From positions 1 through 44,502 of the forward strand of contig JAHJUH010000067.1 in assembly GCA_018829245.1 (NCBI GenBank): a DNA stretch of 44,502 bases, in the 5' to 3' direction. The stretch comes from Patescibacteria group bacterium (GTDB lineage: Bacteria > Patescibacteriota > Minisyncoccia > Portnoybacterales > UBA2143). This document shows, piece by piece, positions 7,872-17,996 of the stretch. The notes under the pieces were generated by a model. The model was not told the DNA's origin and made no database searches. It saw nothing but the letters and a program-made list of their open reading frames with translations. The position numbers were made by a program, and so were the translations under genes. How positions within the stretch are numbered: the first letter of the stretch is position 1; each line of letters begins with the position of its first letter.

Positions 7872-9542
7872 TTCTGGGATAACTGGCTTTAAAGAATCAG
7901 AAGCAACATTAATAACATTTACTTGATTAACAATCTTTTTTGATAATTCTTCTGAATAACCTAAAATATATTTAACATTGAACTGTTCGAAAGCAAAATC
8001 CAACTCATCTTTAGCTAATAGATTCTCAATGGTTTCAGACCTAAATAAAACAACCGATTTATTAGTTAAATAACTTAAACTATACATAGTGCCTTCACCT
8101 AAGTTAATCGCTATAATTTCGTCATCAGCAATATCAATCTTCCTAATTTCTTGACTATAAGCCTCAATTATTAAGTTATTACTATTATCATAAATCTTAC
8201 TCCAAGCAACATGATTAACTAAAACTAGTTGATATAAAACAGCTAGCAAAATCACCAAATAAATTATGGTGGCTTTTTTATTTTGAACTTGAAAATAATT
8301 ATTAACGATTTTACCTAAAGTTAATAATCCCAAAGAAATCACTAAGGCAATAGCCCAATTAAAATCCATTAAGTGATTCCGGCCGACTAAAGCAACAAAA
8401 GACATCAAAAAGATAGAAGAAGAAACCCAATAGACAAAAAATTGATATAAAGATTTATTTTCCCGCCTCAAAGTATAAAAACCCAATAGAATTAAAAGTA
8501 AAATAAATGGACCTCCAATTTCTTCCAAAGAAACGAATCTAAAAACATGACGAGAACCAAGTGTTAAACCAGCTCTAATTCTATCAACTAAACCTATCTC
8601 TGCAATACCCATATTTTTCAATTCTCTAGTCAAATCTATTTCCTTCATTAAGACAAAATTATCTCCGTTAATTCGTTCCTGAAGATTTTTTATAAACTCC
8701 TCTCGTTCAAAATGATAGGTATAAGGATCTGGATAAACATGACCATAAAAAGCGAAATCAGCTGATTTAACTTTTTCTGATGTTTCGGTAGTAAAAATTT
8801 GCAAATAGACATTATGTTTAATATCAGGCAACCAAACAGAACCCCATAAAATTAGAAAGGGAATAAAAATACAGAATAAATAACGTTTTTGTCCCCTTAG
8901 CCATAAATAGACCAAGAGAAATGGGACAATTAACAACAAAGCCTCTTTAGACAAACAGGCTAAAGCTAAAAAACCACCGGAGATAATTAGATAAAGATAT
9001 TTATACTCTTGTTGTTTGGCAATCCCATAAAAATAGAATAGAAAAAACAAAGATAAAAACAATAAAGCAAATTCATAAACAGAAAAAGCATAGGGTAGCT
9101 GCCAATTGAAAGGTAGAAATATATAAATTAAGGAAAAGATTAAAGCTGTTTTAAAATTAAATAAATAGAGAACGATCCCTGTAAAGATTATTAAAGTCAA
9201 AGCAGAAATAAAAATAGATAAAAGAATTAAATCACTAACTTGAGGTAAGCCAATAAAATTAAATATCTTACTATAAAGTATAGGTGTTAATTTATTACCT
9301 CCAGCTGAAAGAATACTTTGATCCTTAATTGAATTTGAAGAAAGAGCAACGTTAAGATTATTCTCTATTGAATAAAGACCGCTTTGGTGGAGATTACGAG
9401 CCAATAAAGATCCAGTCGACGGACTATTGGAAGAATATCCCTTAAACATGACTGGCGAATACCAAACAACTATTGCTAGAATAAATACAGCTAACAAAAA
9501 TATACTAGTTATTAACAGATTTTTTTTATTTATTTCAGCCAT
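7830..9542 (-). CDS. Large polytopic membrane protein, possible GT-C-fold glycosyltransferase or glycan polymerase
   Basis: 570 aa. Many hydrophobic helices through about residue 440, then a ~130 aa soluble C-terminal domain. No clear acidic first-loop motif, so the family call is tentative. Its 3' end overlaps the convergent gene by 42 nt. Confidence 0.4.
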   Translation of the reverse strand: MAEINKKNLLITSIFLLAVFILAIVVWYSPVMFKGYSSNSPSTGSLLARNLHQSGLYSIENNLNVALSSNSIKDQSILSAGGNKLTPILYSKIFNFIGLPQVSDLILLSIFISALTLIIFTGIVLYLFNFKTALIFSLIYIFLPFNWQLPYAFSVYEFALLFLSLFFLFYFYGIAKQQEYKYLYLIISGGFLALACLSKEALLLIVPFLLVYLWLRGQKRYLFCIFIPFLILWGSVWLPDIKHNVYLQIFTTETSEKVKSADFAFYGHVYPDPYTYHFEREEFIKNLQERINGDNFVLMKEIDLTRELKNMGIAEIGLVDRIRAGLTLGSRHVFRFVSLEEIGGPFILLLILLGFYTLRRENKSLYQFFVYWVSSSIFLMSFVALVGRNHLMDFNWAIALVISLGLLTLGKIVNNYFQVQNKKATIIYLVILLAVLYQLVLVNHVAWSKIYDNSNNLIIEAYSQEIRKIDIADDEIIAINLGEGTMYSLSYLTNKSVVLFRSETIENLLAKDELDFAFEQFNVKYILGYSEELSKKIVNQVNVINVASDSLKPVIPELSRNKGWLMNLLK

Positions 9543-10435
9543 TTATATCTTTTTAAATATTCTTTTAAACAAACTCTCCAATCTCTCATTCCATTTAATC
9601 CTTTTAAATTTAACTTTAAATTAACTAGTTTTTCCGAATAAGGACGAGGAGCAAAATATTCTTTTTTCCAAAAATCAGAAGTCACTTCAGTAAGTTTTAT
9701 TTTACTCTTTGGTTTTAATATATCTAACATTTCCTTAGCCACATCAAAACGAGTAGCTTCTCCCTTGCAAACCATATTATATAAACCAAAAGAACCCTTG
9801 TTTATAACATTAAGCATGTTTTTAGCAAAATCATGAGTATAAGTAGGAGTTCCCAACTTATCACGAACTAAAAATAATTCTTTCTTACCGGCATTAATCT
9901 GATCAATTATCTTTTTAACAAACTTCTTATCTTTTTTTGGCCCACCTCCAATCATCCAACCAGCTCTAAATATAAAATAATTATCTAAACTTTGCTTAAT
10001 TGCAATTTCTCCAGCATATTTTGATTTTGCATAATGATTTATTGGATTAGGTATATCATAATCGTTATAAACATCTTGATTCCCATCATAAGCACCAGCT
10101 GTTGTAATATAAATCATCAAAAGATTATGTTTTTTACATAAATCAATAACATTCTCTGTACCCATTGAATTTGTTCTATATGATTCTTGAGGATTACTCT
10201 CGCAATATTCTAAATCAGTTAAAGCAGCCAAATGGAAAATAGCAGTCGGCTTAAATTTTAAAACTTCTTTTTCTAAAGCATTGTAATCTCTAACATCTAA
10301 ATAAGAAAGCCATTTTTCATTCAGATCTATATCTGTCGCTTTAACCTTACAAACATTAGAAAAAAATGGATAAACAGCATCACCCAGCATACCACCACAA
10401 CCAGTAATTAATATCCTACTTTTTTTTGTTATCAT
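9530..10435 (-). CDS. SDR-family sugar-nucleotide reductase/epimerase (RmlD/dTDP-4-dehydrorhamnose reductase-like)
   Basis: Rossmann motif ILITGCGGMLG, catalytic YAKSK (YxxxK), ~300 aa length typical of RmlD-like proteins. Confidence 0.7.
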   Translation of the reverse strand: MITKKSRILITGCGGMLGDAVYPFFSNVCKVKATDIDLNEKWLSYLDVRDYNALEKEVLKFKPTAIFHLAALTDLEYCESNPQESYRTNSMGTENVIDLCKKHNLLMIYITTAGAYDGNQDVYNDYDIPNPINHYAKSKYAGEIAIKQSLDNYFIFRAGWMIGGGPKKDKKFVKKIIDQINAGKKELFLVRDKLGTPTYTHDFAKNMLNVINKGSFGLYNMVCKGEATRFDVAKEMLDILKPKSKIKLTEVTSDFWKKEYFAPRPYSEKLVNLKLNLKGLNGMRDWRVCLKEYLKRYKWLK

Positions 10436-11384
10436 ATATATGTTTTTTAGTTATCTTTAGTATTGACCAGGGCATTTGAATAACTGACCATAAAAACTTT
10501 GGTGTAAAAATAAAAACATATCTTATTAAAAACGTAATTTTATATGGAGAATATTTTAGATAAAAGATAAACCGATTTCTGTGTTGTATATATTTTACAT
10601 TAACCGAATTTCTTAGATAGCGACCAATCATTTTAAAGTAAATTATAATTTTTGATATTATTCCAACTTCCCTTATTTGAGCTTTTAAATCATCTGAAAA
10701 GAAAAGACTGGTTGTAGCTGACTTCATGTGCCAAACGCCACCAAAGGGTATATAAACCACTTGATAGCCAGCTTTTTTTGCTCTTTGACATAAATCAGCA
10801 TCTTCATAAAAAGCGAAATAAACATCATTAAATAAACCTATCTTATTTATTACTTCTCGTTTAACTATTAAAGCACATCCAGTAATAAAATCAACCTCCT
10901 TTTTAAAATCATCTTTTATTTCTTTATCTGTCAAACCCCTACCCAAAACATAACTATCTCCCTTGTTCCAAAGTATTTTTCCACCAGCAAATAGAATCTT
11001 ATTGGGTTCATTCATAGAATATATTTTGGGACCAATAACACCTATCTGAGGTGATTTTTCTAACTCCTGGACTAAAACTTTAATTAAATCAGGATGAATC
11101 GTTGTGTCGTCATCCAGAAAAAAAAGAATTTCTCCTTTAGCATGTTTAATACCCAAATTATGACCTCCGGTACAACCTAGGTTCTTTTTACTTAAAACTA
11201 ATTTAATCTGAGGAAATTTTCTAGCAATTAGTTCTGGCGTTCCATCTTTTGAATTATTATCAACCACAATGATTTCAAAATCTGGATAATTTGATTTTAA
11301 AACCGACTCAAGACAATTAGAGATATACTTAACCGCATTATTGGTCAAAACATTAACTGATACTTTAGGATAATTTTCTATCAT
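10416..11384 (-). CDS. GT2 glycosyltransferase
   Basis: VSVNVLTNN, IIVVDNNSKDGT, NLGCTGGHNLG, FLDDD (DxD), YEDADLC. Confidence 0.85.
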   Translation of the reverse strand: MIENYPKVSVNVLTNNAVKYISNCLESVLKSNYPDFEIIVVDNNSKDGTPELIARKFPQIKLVLSKKNLGCTGGHNLGIKHAKGEILFFLDDDTTIHPDLIKVLVQELEKSPQIGVIGPKIYSMNEPNKILFAGGKILWNKGDSYVLGRGLTDKEIKDDFKKEVDFITGCALIVKREVINKIGLFNDVYFAFYEDADLCQRAKKAGYQVVYIPFGGVWHMKSATTSLFFSDDLKAQIREVGIISKIIIYFKMIGRYLRNSVNVKYIQHRNRFIFYLKYSPYKITFLIRYVFIFTPKFLWSVIQMPWSILKITKKHIYDNKKK

Positions 11385-12079
11385 AGTTTTTTAAATAGAA
11401 TAATATTCTCTCCTTTTTGCGATATTTTAAAGTTATATTTTTCAATAGCAGAATAGAATGTTTTACTACAACCTTCCCGCCATTTGTCGTGTAATTCAAT
11501 TATCAAAATATTCACCCTATTAAGCCAATCACAATTATGCGAAAAAAATTCTTTCTCTGCTCCTTCTATGTCCATTTTTAGAATATCTATTTCATTATAT
11601 CTATTTACCAATTCATCAATAGTTATGGTTGGGATATCGCCACCCTCTTCCGTCTTAAATCCCCACTCACCTAGACCTGCATCAACTATCTTAAGATTAG
11701 TTTTCTTATACCAAAGTCCTGCTTTAACTAATTCAATCTGTTTATATCTTGAAGTGTTTAATTTCAAAATACTAAAGTTATTTTCTTCCGGTTCTATGGC
11801 TATTACCTTAGCTTTGGGAAATCTATTATGAAAGTAGAGAGTTGAGTATCCTGCGTTAGCTCCAGCATCCACTATAACCTTTGGTTCAATGTTGACTGGG
11901 AAATCATACTCCCTAGAAACAAATATTTGTTTAAATACTTCAATATCAGAGGTATTTTTTCTTATGATTAATGGTTTGAATTTAATAGAATAGTAGATTA
12001 AATAAATTCTATTTCTAAATTCATTAATTATCCCATATTGAGTTTTTGGAATAAATTTTTTAATTATTCTTCGAAGCAT
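11381..12079 (-). CDS. FkbM-family SAM-dependent methyltransferase
   Basis: VIVDAGANAGYSTLYF, VIAIEPEENNF, LKMDIEGAE and ELH, typical of the FkbM family. Confidence 0.75.
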   Translation of the reverse strand: MLRRIIKKFIPKTQYGIINEFRNRIYLIYYSIKFKPLIIRKNTSDIEVFKQIFVSREYDFPVNIEPKVIVDAGANAGYSTLYFHNRFPKAKVIAIEPEENNFSILKLNTSRYKQIELVKAGLWYKKTNLKIVDAGLGEWGFKTEEGGDIPTITIDELVNRYNEIDILKMDIEGAEKEFFSHNCDWLNRVNILIIELHDKWREGCSKTFYSAIEKYNFKISQKGENIILFKKL

Positions 12080-13382
12080 ATTTAAAAATATTTTTAATTA
12101 CTAAAAGATGCGCAATCAAGGAAAGAATAACACTAATAACCAAAGATAGAATAACAGCTATCGTTGAACTATAAATTCTTATTAAAATAAATACTAATAA
12201 TATCATTAAAATAACATGACTAGTATTAATTATAATTGAAGTTTTCATTTTATTAACCGTCCTATAAAAAGCACTAATTCCTACGCCTAAACCAGAAACA
12301 AGCATCATAGGAGATAACCAATAGACTAATTCAATACTAGGAATATATTCTACTCCATAAAAGAATTTTACTAAATAAGGAGCTAAGATAGTAAAAGGAA
12401 TGATTAACAAAGCAGAGATTACACCAGAATAGACAGTTGTTTTCTTAAAATGATCTTTTAGTGTCTGTAGGTTATTTGCATTAGACTTAGGTAATTGAAC
12501 GGCTAGAAGACGAGAAATTGGTTCTAAAATTAATGATGAAATAGCAATATAACTGAAAGCAATTTTAAAATAACCCACTTCCTGTGTAGAAGCAAAAATA
12601 CCTAAAAATATAACTGGCAAAATAGAGACAAGGCGACCTAGGTTCTTATCAAAAGCAATTGAAAAACCAAAATTGAAATATTTACTTAACTTTATTTTTC
12701 TAAAATTTAGAAATATCTCTCTCAAAGAAGGGAAAAGCTCATCTTTTTTAACTAAAGAAGAATAAATAAAAATAGATAGAATTAAAAAAATAAAAGCAGA
12801 AATAAAATGACCCCAAACTATTCCCACTAAACCCCAACCAATAAAAGCAAAAAGAACTGGTAATAAACTATGAATAATTTTTTCAAAACTTTCCAAGATA
12901 GTCAATTGCTTGATTTTGCGAACAACTTGTAAAACAATTATAAGTAAACTATAAATAATACTTAGAAAAACACCCAATAAAATTATTCTTGCCCACTGAC
13001 CTATTTGACTACTGTCATAGAGTCGTTCTGTCAAAAAAGGAGCTAAAATGAAACTTAAAACACCTATAATACAAGTAGCTAAAATAGTAATTTTTAGAAA
13101 ATAAGTTAAAGCATTCTTAATCTCCTGTTTATCTTTTCTGGTATAAGCATCAGCTAAAAGAGTTAAACCGGCATACATTCCTCCCCAATTCATAAAAATC
13201 CCAACCAAACCAACAAAAGCAAAAATTAAGCCATAAGTTCCATATAATTCTGGCTTTAATAAACGAGCTAGAATAATGGAGCCTATTGCCCCTAGAAAAA
13301 TTGATAAAAATTTACCCACTTGCAAAATACCAACATCTTGAACAAATGATATTTTAATAAAATCTTTAAATCTTGAAATCAT
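12060..13382 (-). CDS. wzx: Wzx-type oligosaccharide flippase (polysaccharide biosynthesis protein, MOP superfamily)
   Basis: 440 aa with ~12 hydrophobic helices; length and topology typical of Wzx. It has a degraded paralogous copy at 14565-14960. Confidence 0.7.
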   Translation of the reverse strand: MISRFKDFIKISFVQDVGILQVGKFLSIFLGAIGSIILARLLKPELYGTYGLIFAFVGLVGIFMNWGGMYAGLTLLADAYTRKDKQEIKNALTYFLKITILATCIIGVLSFILAPFLTERLYDSSQIGQWARIILLGVFLSIIYSLLIIVLQVVRKIKQLTILESFEKIIHSLLPVLFAFIGWGLVGIVWGHFISAFIFLILSIFIYSSLVKKDELFPSLREIFLNFRKIKLSKYFNFGFSIAFDKNLGRLVSILPVIFLGIFASTQEVGYFKIAFSYIAISSLILEPISRLLAVQLPKSNANNLQTLKDHFKKTTVYSGVISALLIIPFTILAPYLVKFFYGVEYIPSIELVYWLSPMMLVSGLGVGISAFYRTVNKMKTSIIINTSHVILMILLVFILIRIYSSTIAVILSLVISVILSLIAHLLVIKNIFKYASKNN

Positions 13383-13585
13383 AATGTTTTATATATTTTA
13401 ACACAATTTGAGAAAATCTTTTACTAATCATTTCAGGTATCCTATCTTTAGATTCATTATCAACAATAATAATTTTATAATCCAGATAAATTAATTCTTA
13501 AATAGATTTAAAATAATCAGTTACGTGATTAATGCCATTCCAAATAAGGATAACAATAGAAACTTTAGAATATTTTTTAATTCAT
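13383..13585 (-). pseudogene. Remnant of the N-terminus of a GT2 glycosyltransferase (frameshift, in-frame TAA, 3' truncation)
   Basis: The minus-strand reading gives ATG AAT TAA, then in the +1 frame KKYSKVSIVILIWNGINHVTDYFKSI*ELIYLDYKIIIVDNESKDRIPEMISKRFSQIVLKYIKHY. This is a classic GT2 start, paralogous to 10416-11384. The TAA lies at 13498-13500. Homology ends where wzx starts. Confidence 0.7.
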
Positions 13586-13652
13586 ATTAAATAATTTAAT
13601 TATCTTTAGTTCTAATAGATTCAAAAAATTATTTTTGGCATAGTTAAATTAA

Positions 13653-14561
13653 TTATTTTTTCTTCCTAATATAAACACATAAAATATCTCGAGGATTTAC
13701 ATAAATAGATGTTGATAATAATACTTTTGGAATAAAAAATTTTAATATTTTAGATAAAAAGATACTATAAATCTCCATTCTCTTTATAAAAAATCGTACA
13801 TCAATATACTTTCCTATGTACTTTTGCTTAATAATACAAAAATCTACATCTTGAATAATTTTTTTAATCGTTCGTTTAGAAAAGAAAAATAAATGTTCAA
13901 TATCTTTAAAACCCATCCATTTATCTTTCATAATTCTTGCCGGCAAACTATCTATATCAGGAGTGGCTAAAACTAATAAACCACTTTTTTTTAAAAGGCG
14001 ATAAGCTTTTTGAATATCTTGTTTTGGATCTAAGCTATGTTCAATATAATCCCAAGCAGTAATAATATCGAAGTATTCATCAGGAAAATCGTATTCTAAA
14101 AATAATCCTTGATAAATATTTTTTCTTAAATCTTTTCTTACCATACTAACTGCATAATTAGATATATCCACACCATAAACATCCAATCCAGCACGTTTAG
14201 CAGATTCTAAAAAAAATCCAGTAGCACATCCTATATCAAGAATTTTACCTTTATTTGGATAAATCTTTAATATATCTTTAATTCTTTTTTCTGATGTCTT
14301 AATAATATTAGATTTATCACCTATATAATTCTGATAACCACATACTTGTGAATCATTATTTTTAAAATAAATTTTACTATAAATTGATTTTAACTCTTTT
14401 ATAGATAATTGAGGATGAATAAAAATCAAATTACAATTCAAACAACGATACAAATTATTATTTTGTTTTCTAATATATATACGATATATATTATTTGAAC
14501 CACAAATATTACAAATAAGAGAAGAATGATTTTTTAAACAATTTTTATTAATTTTTTTCAT
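13653..14561 (-). CDS. Class I SAM-dependent methyltransferase with N-terminal four-Cys zinc ribbon
   Basis: CNICGSNN...CLNCNLIF (CxxC-x20-CxxC), then ILDIGCATGFF (motif I), YGVDIS, FDIITAWDYIEH, SGLLVLATP. Confidence 0.8.
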   Translation of the reverse strand: MKKINKNCLKNHSSLICNICGSNNIYRIYIRKQNNNLYRCLNCNLIFIHPQLSIKELKSIYSKIYFKNNDSQVCGYQNYIGDKSNIIKTSEKRIKDILKIYPNKGKILDIGCATGFFLESAKRAGLDVYGVDISNYAVSMVRKDLRKNIYQGLFLEYDFPDEYFDIITAWDYIEHSLDPKQDIQKAYRLLKKSGLLVLATPDIDSLPARIMKDKWMGFKDIEHLFFFSKRTIKKIIQDVDFCIIKQKYIGKYIDVRFFIKRMEIYSIFLSKILKFFIPKVLLSTSIYVNPRDILCVYIRKKK

Positions 14562-14564
14562 AAT

Positions 14565-14960
14565 ACAACTTAATAATTAAAAAATGCAATAATAAAAAAA
14601 TTATATTTATAGCAATTAAAACCCAAACTACAGCTATTAAAGGAGATAAATTTTTAACCAAAACAATCATTAAAATTACTTGAAAAACATTAACTACAAT
14701 TAAAGTCTTCATTTTATTAACTGTCTGATAAAAAAACTAGTCCAACTCCAAAACCAGAGAAGGCAGCGAAAATAGCTAAATAATAAACTAATTGAATGCT
14801 TTTAATATATTCTTTTGTCCATAAAAAAACTAATTAAATAAGAAGATAAAATAATAGAAGTAACTACGCTTAAAAAAATGGAAATAAACTTACCTATTTA
14901 CAAAATATCAACATCTTGAATAAATGATATTTTAATAAAATCTTTAAATTTTGAAATCAT
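14565..14960 (-). pseudogene. Internally deleted, stop-containing remnant of a second wzx flippase gene
   Basis: 14890-14960 matches the wzx 5' end at 13312-13382 at 65 of 71 nt. The reading MISKFKDFIKISFIQDVDIL*IGKF compares with intact MISRFKDFIKISFVQDVGILQVGKF. The rest resembles the wzx 3' end (12060-12400) with stops and frameshifts. The central ~1 kb is missing. Confidence 0.75.
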
Positions 14961-14974
14961 ATTTTATATTTAAA

Positions 14975-16888
14975 TTAATTTTTAATTAAATAGATTTTTG
15001 ATACATAACCATCACTGCTATTATCAAACTTTAATTCCAAATCATTATTACTTAAACACTTCTTCTCTAAATCCTCTGGCCAATATTGATTAACGTAAAG
15101 GTAGTGATAATTCAAAATTTTGAATGATTGATTATCGCAATCTTTTTTAATTTTTTGGAAAATCATTGTTTCAGGTATATTTAAATTCTGTTCACGAAAT
15201 ATTTGAAAAGTAGGAGCAAATCGACCAGTTTGTAAAACAAAGTTTCTATTTGGAAAATAACTAATTTTATTATCAAAAGTAAAAAAAATATCTTCTAAGG
15301 TTGTATTTTCTTTAACCCATAAATATATTTCTGATTCTAAGTAGCTAGGCTCTACTGGTTGACCCCAAAAAGATTCATTACCATCAGGTCTGTAATATGG
15401 TTTGACTGCATGAGCAGTCAAAAAAATCAAACTATCAAAACATATAAAAACAAATAATATTACAAATATAGTTAAAACTAATTTACGATTCATCTTATCA
15501 CAAATAGCTTGATAAATATTTAACAAAAATAAACTGACTAAAATACCCCACAAAGGAGGAACCAAAAAGAGGACTCTCCTAATCTCCCAACTCCATTCCT
15601 TGATATGAATAACAAAAGGGATCACATAGGCAACTAATGAAATTAACCCAATTAACAACAAATACTTATTCTTCTTCTTATAAATATAAATCAAAGCTGG
15701 AATAATTAAAATCAATAATCCCCAGTTTAATATAAAATGATAACTAAAAATACTGACTTTTTGACCAAAATCTATAAAAAATGGGCTAATAGAAATAAAG
15801 AAGTCATAAGAAACAATTTCTCTTTGTTTTTTGAACATTTCTGTAAAAAGACCTCCTTGAAGCATGACTATTGGCCAAGTCAAGATATTAATAAGTAAAA
15901 ATGATTTCCATTCTTTATTAAAGATTGAAAAGATCAAAAAACTAAATAACATTATCACAAAGAAAGTTTCAGCACTAAGAGCTAAGATAGTTAATAAAAT
16001 TGATATTAAAATTGAAAACTTTATCCATTCCTTCTTATTATCCCAAAAATTAACATACAAATACAAAATCAATATTACCACTGGAAAAGCTACGGTTGCC
16101 CAACTTAAAATCATAGATTGAGCAGCCGAAGCTGTAATATGTATTTGCCCATGCATCATATCAGCAATAAAAGCAAAGTTACCATTACCCGACAATAAAT
16201 TAGCTATTCCTTTAAATCCAAAAAAAGAATTTAATCCTCCACCTAAAAGAGCAACTAGGGCTGTTAAATAGGAAAAAAGTTTTTTCTTTGTAAGATAAAA
16301 AACAAAAATAAAAGATAAAGCAAAAAATAATCCATAAGCAATAGCTATTTGAATATCATGAATAAACCATAATTTTATATCAGATATTTTATACATAGAA
16401 GCTCGCCAAAGCTCTGATGCATAATGATATTTAATTGTTTGATCAGGTAAAAAAGGAGCTTTAACGGGAAAATTACCCTGACTAATAGTTGAAGAAAGAG
16501 GCAATTGAGTAAAAGCTACTTCATCTCCATCAATTTCTCTAGCTGCTGAAAAACCAGATAAGATAATAATTAAAGAAAATGTAATTAACAAAGTAAGTCG
16601 CCATTTCTTTTCAAAAGACCAAACAGTTTTCTTATTACTTTTCTTAAGGAATTTAATACCTAGCCCAACTATTAACAAAAATATTAATACTAAATAGAAG
16701 TTAATTCTCACATCTATAAGGTAAGATGTAATATTAAGGATAAAGATATAAAAGAATATTCCAAAAGATAATGATAAAGGAATTAAAAATTCCCGCCTAT
16801 TCTCTTTAAGTAAAAGTCTAGTTAATTGCCAACCAAAAAAGAATAGAATTGAAAAATAAACAAAAATTGAAAAAATTGAATAAAACAT
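14975..16888 (-). CDS. Large polytopic membrane protein, GT-C-like glycosyltransferase or polymerase candidate
   Basis: 637 aa with more than 12 hydrophobic helices. Acidic motif EIDGDEVAF in the first predicted external loop, as in ArnT/PMT-type GT-C enzymes. C-terminal ~140 aa soluble domain. Confidence 0.5.
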   Translation of the reverse strand: MFYSIFSIFVYFSILFFFGWQLTRLLLKENRREFLIPLSLSFGIFFYIFILNITSYLIDVRINFYLVLIFLLIVGLGIKFLKKSNKKTVWSFEKKWRLTLLITFSLIIILSGFSAAREIDGDEVAFTQLPLSSTISQGNFPVKAPFLPDQTIKYHYASELWRASMYKISDIKLWFIHDIQIAIAYGLFFALSFIFVFYLTKKKLFSYLTALVALLGGGLNSFFGFKGIANLLSGNGNFAFIADMMHGQIHITASAAQSMILSWATVAFPVVILILYLYVNFWDNKKEWIKFSILISILLTILALSAETFFVIMLFSFLIFSIFNKEWKSFLLINILTWPIVMLQGGLFTEMFKKQREIVSYDFFISISPFFIDFGQKVSIFSYHFILNWGLLILIIPALIYIYKKKNKYLLLIGLISLVAYVIPFVIHIKEWSWEIRRVLFLVPPLWGILVSLFLLNIYQAICDKMNRKLVLTIFVILFVFICFDSLIFLTAHAVKPYYRPDGNESFWGQPVEPSYLESEIYLWVKENTTLEDIFFTFDNKISYFPNRNFVLQTGRFAPTFQIFREQNLNIPETMIFQKIKKDCDNQSFKILNYHYLYVNQYWPEDLEKKCLSNNDLELKFDNSSDGYVSKIYLIKN

Positions 16889-16892
16889 AAAC

Positions 16893-17996
16893 TTAAGTAT
16901 TCCTATAAACCTCTATATATTCTAACACAATTTCAGACCAATCGTGCTCTTGAGCCCATTTCCTTCCATTCTGACCAATAGTTTTGGCTAAATCAGAATT
17001 AGATAGAATATTTATTATAGCCTTACTTGTTTGACTAATATCATTTTGATTTACCAATAAACCATTATAATTATCCTTAATAGCATCCTCAGCCCCACAA
17101 CCATAAGTTCCAATAACCGGCTTTCCACAAGCATTAGCCTCTAAATAAACTAAACCAAAACCTTCAAACTTACTACCTTCTACATATATTGGTGTTAATA
17201 AAAATAAGTCTGATTGATAATAATGTTTAATTAAATCTCCTTCAAGAACATTTTCTAAAAAAACAACATTTTTTTCTAAAGAATATTTAACAACTATCTT
17301 TTTTAATTCTTCGAAATATTCTTTATTCTTTTGATTGCCAATAATATAATATTTCAAATTAGAATATTTTTTAACTACTTCAGCTATAGCAGAAATAGAT
17401 ATATGATACCCCTTTCGAGATACCAAAGCTCCAACGCTAACGATATTTTTTGTATCCGATTCAAAAGAACCATCTATCTGAAACTTATTGTAATCAACTC
17501 CATTATTAATAATAGTAAGATTATTTAAATCAGGTATTTTTTTTAAAACCTCGTCTTTAGTAAATTGACTAATACAAATTATTTTTTTCGCTTTTTGATA
17601 AACCCGACTGTAGAGACCTCTTAAATACCACCTATTTAAAGCATCAACTGCATAAGTCCCGTGTAGGGTAATTAGAATTGGACGTTGTCGACAGACCAGG
17701 TAAGCTATTAGACCATACGGCTCAGCTAAAACATGGACTATATCTGCCCCTTGAATTAACTTTCTAATCTTAAAAAAATTCTTGATAAGAACATATAACT
17801 TAATCCAACGATTAATAAATAAAGGTGGTAGAACTTTATACTCTTTAACTGAGGGTAAATCATTTATCTGACTTTGAACTGAAGACAGAACTAAAAAATC
17901 TACATTCTCTTTTGAACAATGTTTAATTAAATTAACTGCATAACTTCCCCAACCATCTCTAAGAGACAATTGATTGACTAAAAAACATATTTTCAT
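16893..17996 (-). CDS. GT4 (GT-B fold) glycosyltransferase
   Basis: C-terminal EX7E-type motif FEGFGLVYLEANACGKPVIG plus GLLV. Typical ~370 aa length. Confidence 0.85.
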   Translation of the reverse strand: MKICFLVNQLSLRDGWGSYAVNLIKHCSKENVDFLVLSSVQSQINDLPSVKEYKVLPPLFINRWIKLYVLIKNFFKIRKLIQGADIVHVLAEPYGLIAYLVCRQRPILITLHGTYAVDALNRWYLRGLYSRVYQKAKKIICISQFTKDEVLKKIPDLNNLTIINNGVDYNKFQIDGSFESDTKNIVSVGALVSRKGYHISISAIAEVVKKYSNLKYYIIGNQKNKEYFEELKKIVVKYSLEKNVVFLENVLEGDLIKHYYQSDLFLLTPIYVEGSKFEGFGLVYLEANACGKPVIGTYGCGAEDAIKDNYNGLLVNQNDISQTSKAIINILSNSDLAKTIGQNGRKWAQEHDWSEIVLEYIEVYRNT

